Made by a program: the position numbers and the translations under genes | Source: Nitrospinales bacterium | Lineage (GTDB): Bacteria; Nitrospinota; Nitrospinia; Nitrospinales; JAJDAT01 | Direction of reading: 5' to 3' | DNA length: 38,263 nucleotides | Assembly: GCA_046757665.1 (NCBI GenBank) | Contig: JBHHYO010000015.1 | Span: 1-38,263 of the forward strand | Shown: one piece after another, positions 26,268 to 35,187 of the stretch | How the letters are laid out: each line of letters starts with the position of its first letter | Position numbering within the stretch: the stretch's first letter is position 1 | Notes under the pieces: model-generated | Told to the model about the DNA's origin: nothing | What the model saw: only the letters and a program-made list of their open reading frames with translations | Database searches by the model: none

Positions 26268-28346
26268 TTATTTCCCGCCGCCGGCATACCAGTTCAGGAA
26301 CGTAACCACTTCCCAGATCTGGTCCTTGCTCAGGAAATCCTTGAAGGCCGGCATTTCCGAGTTGGATCCACCACCTTCGGAAATAACCTTGAACAAGGCG
26401 CCCTCTCCCTTAAGCTGGGAGACGAAGTTGGACGGCGCGGGGCGGTAAGACTGGGACATCATACCCAACCCGTTCAACTGGTCGCCGTGACACTGGTGGC
26501 AATTCTGGAAGTAAGCCTTGCCGCCATTGGTCACATGCTTCATATACTCATCCGACTCCGCATCGAGGAACGCCGTCTTGTCCTGGCTGGCCCCGGCGCT
26601 GAAAGGATTCTTGCCGTCGCCGGAGGCAACCGCCGCCACAACCGGCGGTTTGTAGTCGGGAATCTTGCCGTCCGGCCCCTCAAGAACGAGGTTGTTCCAG
26701 CCGGTAACGGACATGACCTCGCCCGACTCCTTGGCGCGCGCCGACCATTGCAGAATGGCCATCGGCACGAATTTGCCAACTGCCAGCGACGTGCCGTCCA
26801 GGGGATGCTTGAACAGAACGCTCACCTTGCCCCGGTTAAACCTCGCGAAGACAACCTCGGTGCCGGACCCACCCGGCTTGACGGAGTTGACGCCGTTACC
26901 AACCAGGTCTTCCACCTTCGTGTCAAACTTGTAGCCATCTTCCTTGGGCTGAGCGGTCTCGGTGTAGCCGACGGCATTCATGGAGGCTTTCCAGATACTC
27001 ACGGCGTTGTTGGCATCGCCAAAGACCAAACCGGGTCTTGGACCGTCCGCGTTGGCCGCAAGCTGAATGCCCACGCCTTCGGGATCGCTACCACCCAAAA
27101 AGCGGTTGTGATATTCCACGAAAACGTAAACCGCTTTTTCCTCTTCACTCCAGCGCGCGGATACCCAGAAGTTGTCGATCTGGCTCGGGAAATTTCTTTT
27201 CCCCGCCGACATTTGCCCGGACGCCGCTATATAGGCATGATGCACCGTCCCCTTGGGCTTCCACGGGAAATTGGTGTAATCCTTGTCCCGGGTCGCTTCC
27301 GGAATGCGCTTGTCGTCATAGGAACCCTGCCACTGCGGATCATCGGGATCGTGGGAAATTTTCCCCTTCGTGTAAGTCGCTACGACATACGGATCGGTTT
27401 TCGGTTTCTGGGTCATCGGATCGATTTCCCGACGCGGGCAGATCGAATTGACGAACGCCGCGAGTTGCCATCGCTGTTCGACTTCAAGGGCATCCTTGAA
27501 GTTCGGCATCGGCGTACCATTCAACCCCGTGGAAACGTCACGAACGATGTTGAAGGGCGTGTAGGGATTCCTTCTGCTACCGCGGAAATTCCAGCACTGT
27601 TGCCAGTTGGCGGCAACGATGGGGAAACCCCAGTCATCCTTCATGGTCGGGTTACCGTCGCCCCGGCCCAATCCGCCATGACACTCGAAACACTTGTTCT
27701 TGATGAAGAGGGCGTGTCCCTTCTTGATGTCCTCGTCCGGCGCGCCGATATAATACGGCGCTTTCAGGCCCCACGGATTTTCAAAGTTGGTTCCACCCAA
27801 TTCCTGCTGATACACTTCTTCGTCCTCATCGGCGAAATCCCGGTCCACCACCAGCGTTTTGACAAACTGGATGACAGCGGCGATTTCTTTTGGGGAAAGT
27901 ACTCCGCCCCAAGCGGGCATGGCCGAACCGGGAAGCCCGGTCGTAACGGTACGAACCAGGTCTGCCTCAAACGGCAGTTCACCGGAATCCGACTGTCGGA
28001 TCTTGAACATTCCGGAAAGGAAGTTCCGTGGATTGGTAACCAGAAGCTTGGCGGACGGGCCATCGCCGGCCCCCTTCACGCCATGACACCATACACAGCG
28101 CCTGAAGAAAGTCTTTTTGCCCAAAGGCAACAGTTCCTCAACGGGAGGAGCGCCGAAAAATTGCCCCTCGTCCTCACCCGGCGCATTTTTGGATGCCAGC
28201 GCCAAGGTTTCGTTGATGATCCCCTCCATCTTCTGGATATCCCCCATGAGGGACGACGCCGCAAACAGGCTTGCGGGCAAACCGAGCAAAAAAATCAAAA
28301 AAACCGAAAGAAACAATCGCTTTAAAATTCTCGCATTAAACCTCAT
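26268..28346 (-). CDS. Periplasmic triheme cytochrome c, paralog of both flanking cytochromes
   Basis: Signal peptide; CVWCH, CFECH and CHQCH; no C-terminal TM. Confidence 0.88.
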   Translation of the reverse strand: MRFNARILKRLFLSVFLIFLLGLPASLFAASSLMGDIQKMEGIINETLALASKNAPGEDEGQFFGAPPVEELLPLGKKTFFRRCVWCHGVKGAGDGPSAKLLVTNPRNFLSGMFKIRQSDSGELPFEADLVRTVTTGLPGSAMPAWGGVLSPKEIAAVIQFVKTLVVDRDFADEDEEVYQQELGGTNFENPWGLKAPYYIGAPDEDIKKGHALFIKNKCFECHGGLGRGDGNPTMKDDWGFPIVAANWQQCWNFRGSRRNPYTPFNIVRDVSTGLNGTPMPNFKDALEVEQRWQLAAFVNSICPRREIDPMTQKPKTDPYVVATYTKGKISHDPDDPQWQGSYDDKRIPEATRDKDYTNFPWKPKGTVHHAYIAASGQMSAGKRNFPSQIDNFWVSARWSEEEKAVYVFVEYHNRFLGGSDPEGVGIQLAANADGPRPGLVFGDANNAVSIWKASMNAVGYTETAQPKEDGYKFDTKVEDLVGNGVNSVKPGGSGTEVVFARFNRGKVSVLFKHPLDGTSLAVGKFVPMAILQWSARAKESGEVMSVTGWNNLVLEGPDGKIPDYKPPVVAAVASGDGKNPFSAGASQDKTAFLDAESDEYMKHVTNGGKAYFQNCHQCHGDQLNGLGMMSQSYRPAPSNFVSQLKGEGALFKVISEGGGSNSEMPAFKDFLSKDQIWEVVTFLNWYAGGGK

Positions 28347-28497
28347 TTTCCCCCCTCGATAAAAAAAGTTTTAATGAAAACCAAACAACTGACGAACTCA
28401 AAACATTTCCTGCCCGGGCTTGCCTCCGGGCAGGTACTCCCCCTTGTTTCTCTTGAGCCGTTTCATGCAATAATCGTCGTTTCATTCAATCCATCCG

Positions 28498-29490
28498 CTA
28501 ATAAAGTCCTTCCTTGGACTCGTCGCCGACAAACCGTGGTTCCGTATCGAAGGTCCGCGGATGCCAGCCGGTATACCAGAATTCAAAGAGAATGATTTTC
28601 CACATTTCATCAGTTTTCAAATGCTCTTCCCACGGCGGCATGGCGGAAGACCAGGGCGTCGATTCATTAGGAAGACCCAGCCCGCCCTTGGCCACGCGCC
28701 AGAACAGGAAGGATTCCCGCAACATGGCAATGGTCCCGGGGTCCACGAAGTTCGCCGGCGTAGGGTTGAACACATGCGAAAACATCCCTAACCCATTCAA
28801 CTGGTCGCCGTGGCAGTAATGACAGTTTTCAAAGAACAACTTGCCGCCCTCGGTTACGTTCTTCATGTACGGATACTTGTCCGCGTCCAGGAAAGGAAAT
28901 TTGTCCTGATACTTGTCCTGCTCGTCAATCCGGAAAGGATTCACCGTCGTTTCCAGGGGATAGGTTTTTCCATGAACGCGCGTGGTGGCGGGCGGAGCGG
29001 GATGAACGGTGCGCAGTTCCACGGGCTCCTCGAACTTCGGCAACAAGCTCTGGTACGTGCCGAAACCCACCAAAATCGGCAGTGTGATGAATACCACAAT
29101 CCGTGCCAGCTTGTATTCGCCGATGATCATTTTGACGATGGGCAGGCGAAATTCCCGGAACGTTTCCGGGTCCTGGCTGATGTACAAAAAGGTGCCGATG
29201 GACCACAGCATCATGTAGGTGATAAAGAGCGTCCAGGGAATATGCGGCGCCAAAATGACATTGTAAAAGTAAAAGCCCATCGACCAGACGTAGAGGGCTT
29301 TCAGCGTCATATTCGGCTTCAGCTTCAAGATGAGATGGGACCCGATCAGAAACACACAGAAAATAAGAAAATAAATGTACCTGCCGGGATTCAAGCCGGA
29401 TTTGGCCGTGAAGAACGGGAACAGGCCATAATGAAACGCCAGCAACCCACCGGCGGCCAAAGCAAATGATATCAATCCATGTTTTTTCAT
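28498..29490 (-). CDS. Multi-TM monoheme cytochrome c
   Basis: About five N-terminal TM helices, CHYCH, and distal SAMPPW. Confidence 0.88.
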   Translation of the reverse strand: MKKHGLISFALAAGGLLAFHYGLFPFFTAKSGLNPGRYIYFLIFCVFLIGSHLILKLKPNMTLKALYVWSMGFYFYNVILAPHIPWTLFITYMMLWSIGTFLYISQDPETFREFRLPIVKMIIGEYKLARIVVFITLPILVGFGTYQSLLPKFEEPVELRTVHPAPPATTRVHGKTYPLETTVNPFRIDEQDKYQDKFPFLDADKYPYMKNVTEGGKLFFENCHYCHGDQLNGLGMFSHVFNPTPANFVDPGTIAMLRESFLFWRVAKGGLGLPNESTPWSSAMPPWEEHLKTDEMWKIILFEFWYTGWHPRTFDTEPRFVGDESKEGLY

Positions 29491-29506
29491 TCTCAAAACC
29501 CCTTGG

Positions 29507-30865
29507 TTAGCCGTCTTTCGGCGGCTCGGTCTGACTGATAAAGTCCACTAATTTATCAAGCGCTTCAATGGATAATTTGTTTTTGAAATCCTGGGGCATT
29601 AACCCATCCGGGAAAAGCTCCCCGGCGGCCTCGTTGAAAACGATATAAGCGCTGGGATGCAGGATAGACTCTTTGACATACTCCTTGGTGTTTTTGGCTT
29701 TTCCCTTGTAGCGGGGGTCCTTGATCCGCTTCGGCGCGTTGATTTTTTCATGCAATAACGGACCCAACTGCCCCACCGCGCCGGGAATCCCTGGAATGGT
29801 ATGGCAAATCGGGCACCCCAAAGTGTTGATCATATCCTCGATCGGCTCGGTTCCGGTAACGAAGATTTTCTTTTCACCCTCCTCTTCACCAGATGCCTGG
29901 GCGGTGGCGGTGTCCTCCGCCGAGGGTAACGGAACGGTCACTTTGGAAAAATCGCCGGGAGTATCTTTCGACTGTAGCCAGGCGATCACGGCGTTGACCT
30001 CAACCGGGCTCAAACTGATGGGAGGCTTGACGATAACCGGCATGGGGCTTACCTTATCCCCTGCCTTGCCGTAGCCTTTCACCACATAACAGGAAGGGCA
30101 CATCACGGATTCTCTTATATAATCCTCCCCGGTCATTTCCTCGGAGCCGCTTTTGCGCCTGTACGCGGGATCGATTTCCATGGGCTTGCCCTTGACCACG
30201 TGAGTCGCGGGATCTTCCTCACCCACCTTGATCGGCTCGTTCAGATACCGATCCTCCTTGATGCGGGTATGGCTACGCTCCTCCACGCCGAACAGGTTGG
30301 GACAGCGCCCGATATTGTCGCCGGGATCAAACGTATGGCACAGGGGACACTGCCCCTTGCCGATGGCTTTCTGGCCCGCCACCTGCTTGGCCCCGAAGAC
30401 GATGATTCGCCCCATTTCGGCGTATTCCTCCATCGTCAGGTCATCGCTGATCACGGCGCCGCCCTTGGGCGGAGGATCGCTTCTTTGCTGGGGAAGCCAG
30501 TTGGTGTAGCCGGCCAACAGCGTCGAAACCGTCACCCAGAAGAAAAACCCGCGGACAAACGGCGGCGACTGATTCTCGATTTTCTGGCTTTTGAAAAACA
30601 ATCCCCAGATCAGGAGAATCACAAAAGTCGTCAACACCTGCCAGGGGATGAAGGCCATCTGGTCATGTTGGACCAAGCTGAACATGTGGCGGGTCAGCAA
30701 CACGCTGACGATAAACAACCCGCCGAAAATTCCCCCCCACAGGGGTGTGTTGACCTCTTTATGCTCGCTACAATGTCCAAGGACATTCACGAAAACAAAC
30801 AGCGAGTACACCGTAAACAACAGTGTCAAAAACGTCCACAAAATGTCATGTTGCGTTTCTAACAT
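29507..30865 (-). CDS. Multi-TM diheme cytochrome c
   Basis: Four N-terminal TMs; CPLCH and CPICH, each followed by a YI/V.ES motif and a distal MP. Confidence 0.88.
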   Translation of the reverse strand: MLETQHDILWTFLTLLFTVYSLFVFVNVLGHCSEHKEVNTPLWGGIFGGLFIVSVLLTRHMFSLVQHDQMAFIPWQVLTTFVILLIWGLFFKSQKIENQSPPFVRGFFFWVTVSTLLAGYTNWLPQQRSDPPPKGGAVISDDLTMEEYAEMGRIIVFGAKQVAGQKAIGKGQCPLCHTFDPGDNIGRCPNLFGVEERSHTRIKEDRYLNEPIKVGEEDPATHVVKGKPMEIDPAYRRKSGSEEMTGEDYIRESVMCPSCYVVKGYGKAGDKVSPMPVIVKPPISLSPVEVNAVIAWLQSKDTPGDFSKVTVPLPSAEDTATAQASGEEEGEKKIFVTGTEPIEDMINTLGCPICHTIPGIPGAVGQLGPLLHEKINAPKRIKDPRYKGKAKNTKEYVKESILHPSAYIVFNEAAGELFPDGLMPQDFKNKLSIEALDKLVDFISQTEPPKDG

Positions 30866-30913
30866 AGCCTTTCTTCCCCTATTCTCTTAACGATTGACGA
30901 TAAGTCCAGTGTC

Positions 30914-32992
30914 TTACTGTTGCTGTTGAGCCGGGACCGGGACGCCCACGGGAGCTTTCTCTTCGGCTTTCTTACCGGTCAAACTGCCGACCCAGAACAC
31001 CACGGTCACCTGCACCCAGAAGAACAGGGTGTTGAATGTTAAAATTTTCCCCGCCTCACCGATCGTCAAGGTGTAAGCGTCCGGCGAATTGTCACGCAAA
31101 ACCTCGGTCACATGCCAGAACAAACGAACGGCGGAGCGGATATAACCCATCAGACCCATCAGCCAGGTGAAGGAAATCGCCAGCATGAAAATCGCATACG
31201 TTCCTACCTTGGACTGGGTACCCCATTCGATTTCCCCATAGGACCCCGCATCCTTGAACATGGAAATGTTGATGGCGGTTCCCGCAAACAGCGTCGTCAA
31301 CGTGGAGGTCACCTGAGGCACGGACAGCCCCACGCGCTGATTGGCGGGAAGGAAATAACCGTAAACGCCCAGGAAAATGATATTCGCCGCGGCGCCGACA
31401 AGAATCGCCGCAATCCAGCAATTACCTACCGTCGCCCAAGGCACCGTTATTTTCTTGTTCGCTCTCTGATAAAGAATAAAACACAGCACCGTCGTCACAA
31501 TCATGATGTTGACCGCGGTATTCTTTGCGGACATGACGCCGAAATGCCCCACAATGGGATGTTGGGCCCCTCCCATTACTTTCAACTCTGCGGGGGTCAT
31601 TACGATCGTGTGCGGGGTCATCCACATGGTGAACATCAGGATCAACAACAGCACCATGTATTTACAATACTTCATATAGCGCTCGGAGCCCTTGACCCGC
31701 GCCATGCCGTTATGCAAATAGGAGTTGGCGCCGAAAAACAGCAGGCCGATCATAACGGCCTGAATAATGAACAACCAGGCCATGATGCCGCCCATGAGCG
31801 TGATCCCCATCTGTTGCCGGAAGGCATACACTTCCTTCATCAGCCAGTACCCGGCGAAGGGCAGAGGAATCAGACCGAAAATAGCGATAAACATCGCCAC
31901 GTAGCAGACCCAGTCATAGTGGGCTTTTTCCTCTTCGGTCCTGGCGCTCAAATAATGATACGCCGCGTAGGCGCCGACGATGCCGCCGCCAAAAACGATG
32001 TTCCCCAAAATGCGGTGAACGCCTACCGGGTTCCACAGGGTGGAATGGATGACGTGCCAGATGTTGCCGAGAAACCTTCCTTGCTCATCAATCCCGCCCG
32101 GCGCCTGCATAAAGGTCGCCCAGGAATTGGCCAGAAACATCAGGATCGTTCCGACAAGATTCAGCAAAACCGACATGCTGACGTGAATCCACTTCAGAAA
32201 CGTCGTTTCATTCATTCGGTCCCAGCCGTAGTAATAGACGTACAAAATCCCGCTCTCCGCCAGGAACATCAAGGCGTACACGTGCATTACCGGCCGGAAT
32301 ATGGTGGCCATGTACTTGAAGAAACCGGGGAACAGGGTAATGAAAGTAAAGAGCAAAATTCCGCCCAGAATCGCCGTCCACGAATAAGCCGTAAGGCTGA
32401 TCTTCATCAGGTCATGGGCCAGCTTGTCGTATTTTTTGCTCATGATGGGGTCGTCCCTGCGGGCGCGAATGCCGATGAACTCGATGACCATACAGAAAAT
32501 AGGCACCGCAAGAACAAAACTGCCGAAATAAAGATGCTGTTGATTGGCGATCCACATGATCATCCGGCTGGGCGCGAAATCATAATGATTGTAATCGTTT
32601 TCGCCCAGCTCAGGCGCGGCGGCTCCACTGACGCAACCTTTCAGCGGATTGCCTTCCCAGTCCTTGTAAAAAACGTCCTGGCTCCACTCCTCGCACTCAT
32701 CCGCGGCGGCCGCCGCTTCGGCGCCCTCTTCGGCCGCGCCGGCACCTTCTTCGCTGAATTCTTCACTGAATTCCTCGCTGAACTCCTCACCAAATTCCTC
32801 GGCGGCGCCTGCACCTTCCTCATCGGCAAATACTTCCTTGGCAAACGCTTCCTCGGCAAAGGCGCTTTCGGCAAACGCTTCCTTCGCAAAAGCATCACCG
32901 GAAAAACCGAAACACATCAGCAGGTAGAAGGCAAATGCCGGTATTGCAAAAAGCGGAATCCCTATCCTTCTCTTGGCTTCTTGGCCAAACAT
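30914..32992 (-). CDS. Cytochrome bd-like terminal oxidase subunit I (CydA-like)
   Basis: QHLYFGSFVLAVP, FLAES, ANSWATFMQAP, HRILGN and MGYIRSAVRLFWHV motifs, many TMs; AAAGGAGG precedes ATG 32992. Confidence 0.88.
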   Translation of the reverse strand: MFGQEAKRRIGIPLFAIPAFAFYLLMCFGFSGDAFAKEAFAESAFAEEAFAKEVFADEEGAGAAEEFGEEFSEEFSEEFSEEGAGAAEEGAEAAAAADECEEWSQDVFYKDWEGNPLKGCVSGAAAPELGENDYNHYDFAPSRMIMWIANQQHLYFGSFVLAVPIFCMVIEFIGIRARRDDPIMSKKYDKLAHDLMKISLTAYSWTAILGGILLFTFITLFPGFFKYMATIFRPVMHVYALMFLAESGILYVYYYGWDRMNETTFLKWIHVSMSVLLNLVGTILMFLANSWATFMQAPGGIDEQGRFLGNIWHVIHSTLWNPVGVHRILGNIVFGGGIVGAYAAYHYLSARTEEEKAHYDWVCYVAMFIAIFGLIPLPFAGYWLMKEVYAFRQQMGITLMGGIMAWLFIIQAVMIGLLFFGANSYLHNGMARVKGSERYMKYCKYMVLLLILMFTMWMTPHTIVMTPAELKVMGGAQHPIVGHFGVMSAKNTAVNIMIVTTVLCFILYQRANKKITVPWATVGNCWIAAILVGAAANIIFLGVYGYFLPANQRVGLSVPQVTSTLTTLFAGTAINISMFKDAGSYGEIEWGTQSKVGTYAIFMLAISFTWLMGLMGYIRSAVRLFWHVTEVLRDNSPDAYTLTIGEAGKILTFNTLFFWVQVTVVFWVGSLTGKKAEEKAPVGVPVPAQQQQ
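32748..32896 (-). repeat. In-frame tandem repeats in the CydA-like N-terminus (15-nt x5 and 12-nt x4)
   Basis: GCAAA recurs every 15 nt from 32826 to 32886 (DAFAK-EAFAE-SAFAE-EAFAK-EVFAD), followed by EEFG-EEFS-EEFS-EEFS. Confidence 0.9.
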
Positions 32993-33220
32993 AACCCAAC
33001 CTCCTTTAATGAAGGACCCATCTATGCCCAACAGTCGCATGGGTAAACAATATTCCGTACCGCCGCCATTCAAGCGGCGTCTATTTAAACCAAACAGAAT
33101 CGGGAAAACGGACAAAACTAAGGTTGATCGGCATGAAAAAAACGGTTTTTAAATCCACTTTAAAAAGGATTTAAAGGCCTCTGATTTTTAATTAGTCCCC
33201 CCTCATGAAGAGCTTTTTCT

Positions 33221-33250
33221 ATCATAGCTTCCGCAAGCTTGTCAAGTCAA
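33221..33250 (-). promoter_or_regulatory. sigma70 promoter of the oxidase/cytochrome cluster
   Basis: Minus strand TTGACT-N18-TATGAT, implying a leader of about 220 nt. Confidence 0.55.
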
Positions 33251-33326
33251 TTCGATATTTTTTAATTACCGGTTTTTTCTTAGGTTAGCTAAGATTCTTC
33301 CGAAATTTTCGAGACCAAAATCCTCC

Positions 33327-34610
33327 CTAAATCACCCTGATTTTCACGGCGTTGGCATGAGCATCCAGCGCTTCCATTTCCGCCAGCGAGCAACAAATGC
33401 CGGCGGCATTTTTCAGGGCCTGCTTGCTATACGATATCAGGCTGGTCCTCTTGATAAAGTCGTAAACCCCCAAGGGTGAAGAGAATCTTGCCGTGCCGCT
33501 GGTCGGCAAGACATGGTTGGGACCGGCAAGGTAATCCCCAATGGCTTCCGGGGTGAAATGCCCCAAAAACACGGCCCCGGCGTTTTGGATTTCACCGGCC
33601 CATTTTTCAGGGTTTTTCACGGCCAGTTCGAGGTGCTCCGGCGCAACACGATTGGCAAGAGCCACGGCATCCTCCAGCGATGCGACGACCAGAGTTTTTG
33701 CCTTGCCAGACAGACAGGCTTCAATGATGGTTTTGCGCCGCAGACGTTCCTTTTGCTCGCCGATTTGTTCGATCACTTGCCGGGCCAGGTCCGCCGAAGG
33801 GGTAACCAATATGGGAACCGCCTCTTCGTCATGTTCCGCCTGCGACAAGAGGTCGGCGGCGACAAACTCCGGCCGGGCGGTCTCGTCCGCTATAATCAGG
33901 ATTTCGCTGGGCCCGGCGATCATGTCGATATCGACGATGCCGAACACCAGGCGCTTGGCCAGGGCGACAAAAACATTTCCCGGCCCGACGATCTTGTCCA
34001 CCCGCGGCACCCGCCGGGTGCCGTAGGCCATGGCGGCCACCGCCTGGGCGCCGCCGATTTTGAAAATCCGCGCCACCCCGGCCAGGTCCGCCGCCACCAG
34101 ACAGTGCGGACGACTCTCGCCGCGCGGCGTCGGACTGCACATGACGATTTCCTTCACCCCCGCCACCTGCGCCGGAATGGCGTTCATCAGCACCGAGGAC
34201 GGATAAGCCGCCTTGCCGCCCGGCACGTACACGCCAACCCTTTCCAGAGGACGCACCATCTGCCCCACACCCACGCCATTGTCCTTGTACTCCCAGGAAG
34301 TCTGCTTCTGTCGCTCGTGAAATTTGCGAATATTGCCGGCGGCGGTTTTCAACGCCTCCAACTCCAGGCCGCTCAACTGATCGTAGGCGGCGCGGATTTC
34401 CTCCGGGCGCACCTCCAGCTCCTCCAACCCGAACTCCGTCTGGTCAAACCGGTTGGTGCAGGCCAGCGCCGCCTCGTCGCCGCCGCGCCGCACCTCCTCG
34501 ATGATGCCGCGCACGGTCTCATCATGAGCCCGCAAGTCCAGGTCGGCGCGGTTCACCAGAGCATCGACCACCGCGGCAAAGTCCTCGTCCGTGTATGCGT
34601 GAATTTTCAT
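33327..34610 (-). CDS. hisD: Histidinol dehydrogenase
   Basis: GVYVPGGKAAYPSSVLM, GGAQAVAA, IDMIAGPSE, APEHLEL and GPNHVLPT motifs. Confidence 0.98.
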   Translation of the reverse strand: MKIHAYTDEDFAAVVDALVNRADLDLRAHDETVRGIIEEVRRGGDEAALACTNRFDQTEFGLEELEVRPEEIRAAYDQLSGLELEALKTAAGNIRKFHERQKQTSWEYKDNGVGVGQMVRPLERVGVYVPGGKAAYPSSVLMNAIPAQVAGVKEIVMCSPTPRGESRPHCLVAADLAGVARIFKIGGAQAVAAMAYGTRRVPRVDKIVGPGNVFVALAKRLVFGIVDIDMIAGPSEILIIADETARPEFVAADLLSQAEHDEEAVPILVTPSADLARQVIEQIGEQKERLRRKTIIEACLSGKAKTLVVASLEDAVALANRVAPEHLELAVKNPEKWAGEIQNAGAVFLGHFTPEAIGDYLAGPNHVLPTSGTARFSSPLGVYDFIKRTSLISYSKQALKNAAGICCSLAEMEALDAHANAVKIRVI

Positions 34611-34614
34611 GGCG

Positions 34615-34935
34615 TCAAGGAGCCGAGGGCTCTTTAAGGTGGAAGGTTTTAATCGTTTTTAATTCCCGTGTCTCCACACGTTTTGCTTTATACAAATCCC
34701 AGCGAAGCTGGAGGCTCATCCAAAAATCCTCGGAAACTCCAAAGAATTTTGCGAGCCTCAAGGCAGTGCTGGGCGTAATCCCTCGTCGTTTATTAACAAT
34801 TTCGTTCACCCTCTGGTATGGGACATGAATCTCGTCCGACAACTCCCTTTGGGTAATGCCCATGGGGACCAAAAATTCCTCAAGCAACATTTCCCCGGGA
34901 TGGGTCGGCTCGCGATGTGTCGGCACTCGCACCAT
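34615..34935 (-). CDS. higA: HigA-family addiction module antitoxin
   Basis: PTHPGEMLLEEFL, HTH region, ITPSTALRLAKFFG and FWMSLQ. Confidence 0.95.
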   Translation of the reverse strand: MVRVPTHREPTHPGEMLLEEFLVPMGITQRELSDEIHVPYQRVNEIVNKRRGITPSTALRLAKFFGVSEDFWMSLQLRWDLYKAKRVETRELKTIKTFHLKEPSAP

Positions 34936-34966
34936 TATCTACCTCCAAAAATTATTTTGCACCGTG

Positions 34967-35170
34967 TCAATGATAGTCAACGATCTCCACTTGTTCCGGC
35001 CCGGATGTCGACCATTCAAAGCATATACGGTACTGATCGTTTATTCTGACGCCATATTGGTCTTGCCGATTTCCCTTGAGAATCTCAAATTTATTGCCGG
35101 GAGGAACGCGAAGCTCTCCGGGGAATTTAACGGAATCGAGTTGATCCAGTTTTCTCGCGGCAATTCGCCC
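34967..35170 (-). pseudogene. higB: 5'-truncated HigB (RelE-like) toxin
   Basis: AARKLDQLDS...LRVPPGN...RINDQYRICF...VEIVDYH* is present, but the usual ~30-aa N-terminus and a canonical start are missing; the upstream gene stops at 35188. Confidence 0.8.
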
Positions 35171-35187
35171 TGAAAGTAGCAGGGATT

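Noticed and set aside
30085-30105. CPSCY as a third heme site in the 452-aa cytochrome
   Set aside because: No His after CxxC; more likely a disulfide, so it was not counted.
26208-33046. 705-aa and 644-aa plus-strand ORFs
   Set aside because: Antisense shadows of the triheme cytochrome and CydA-like genes.
32993-33115. 41-aa N-terminal extension of the CydA-like ORF
   Set aside because: A strong SD (AAAGGAGG) and signal-like sequence support ATG 32992.
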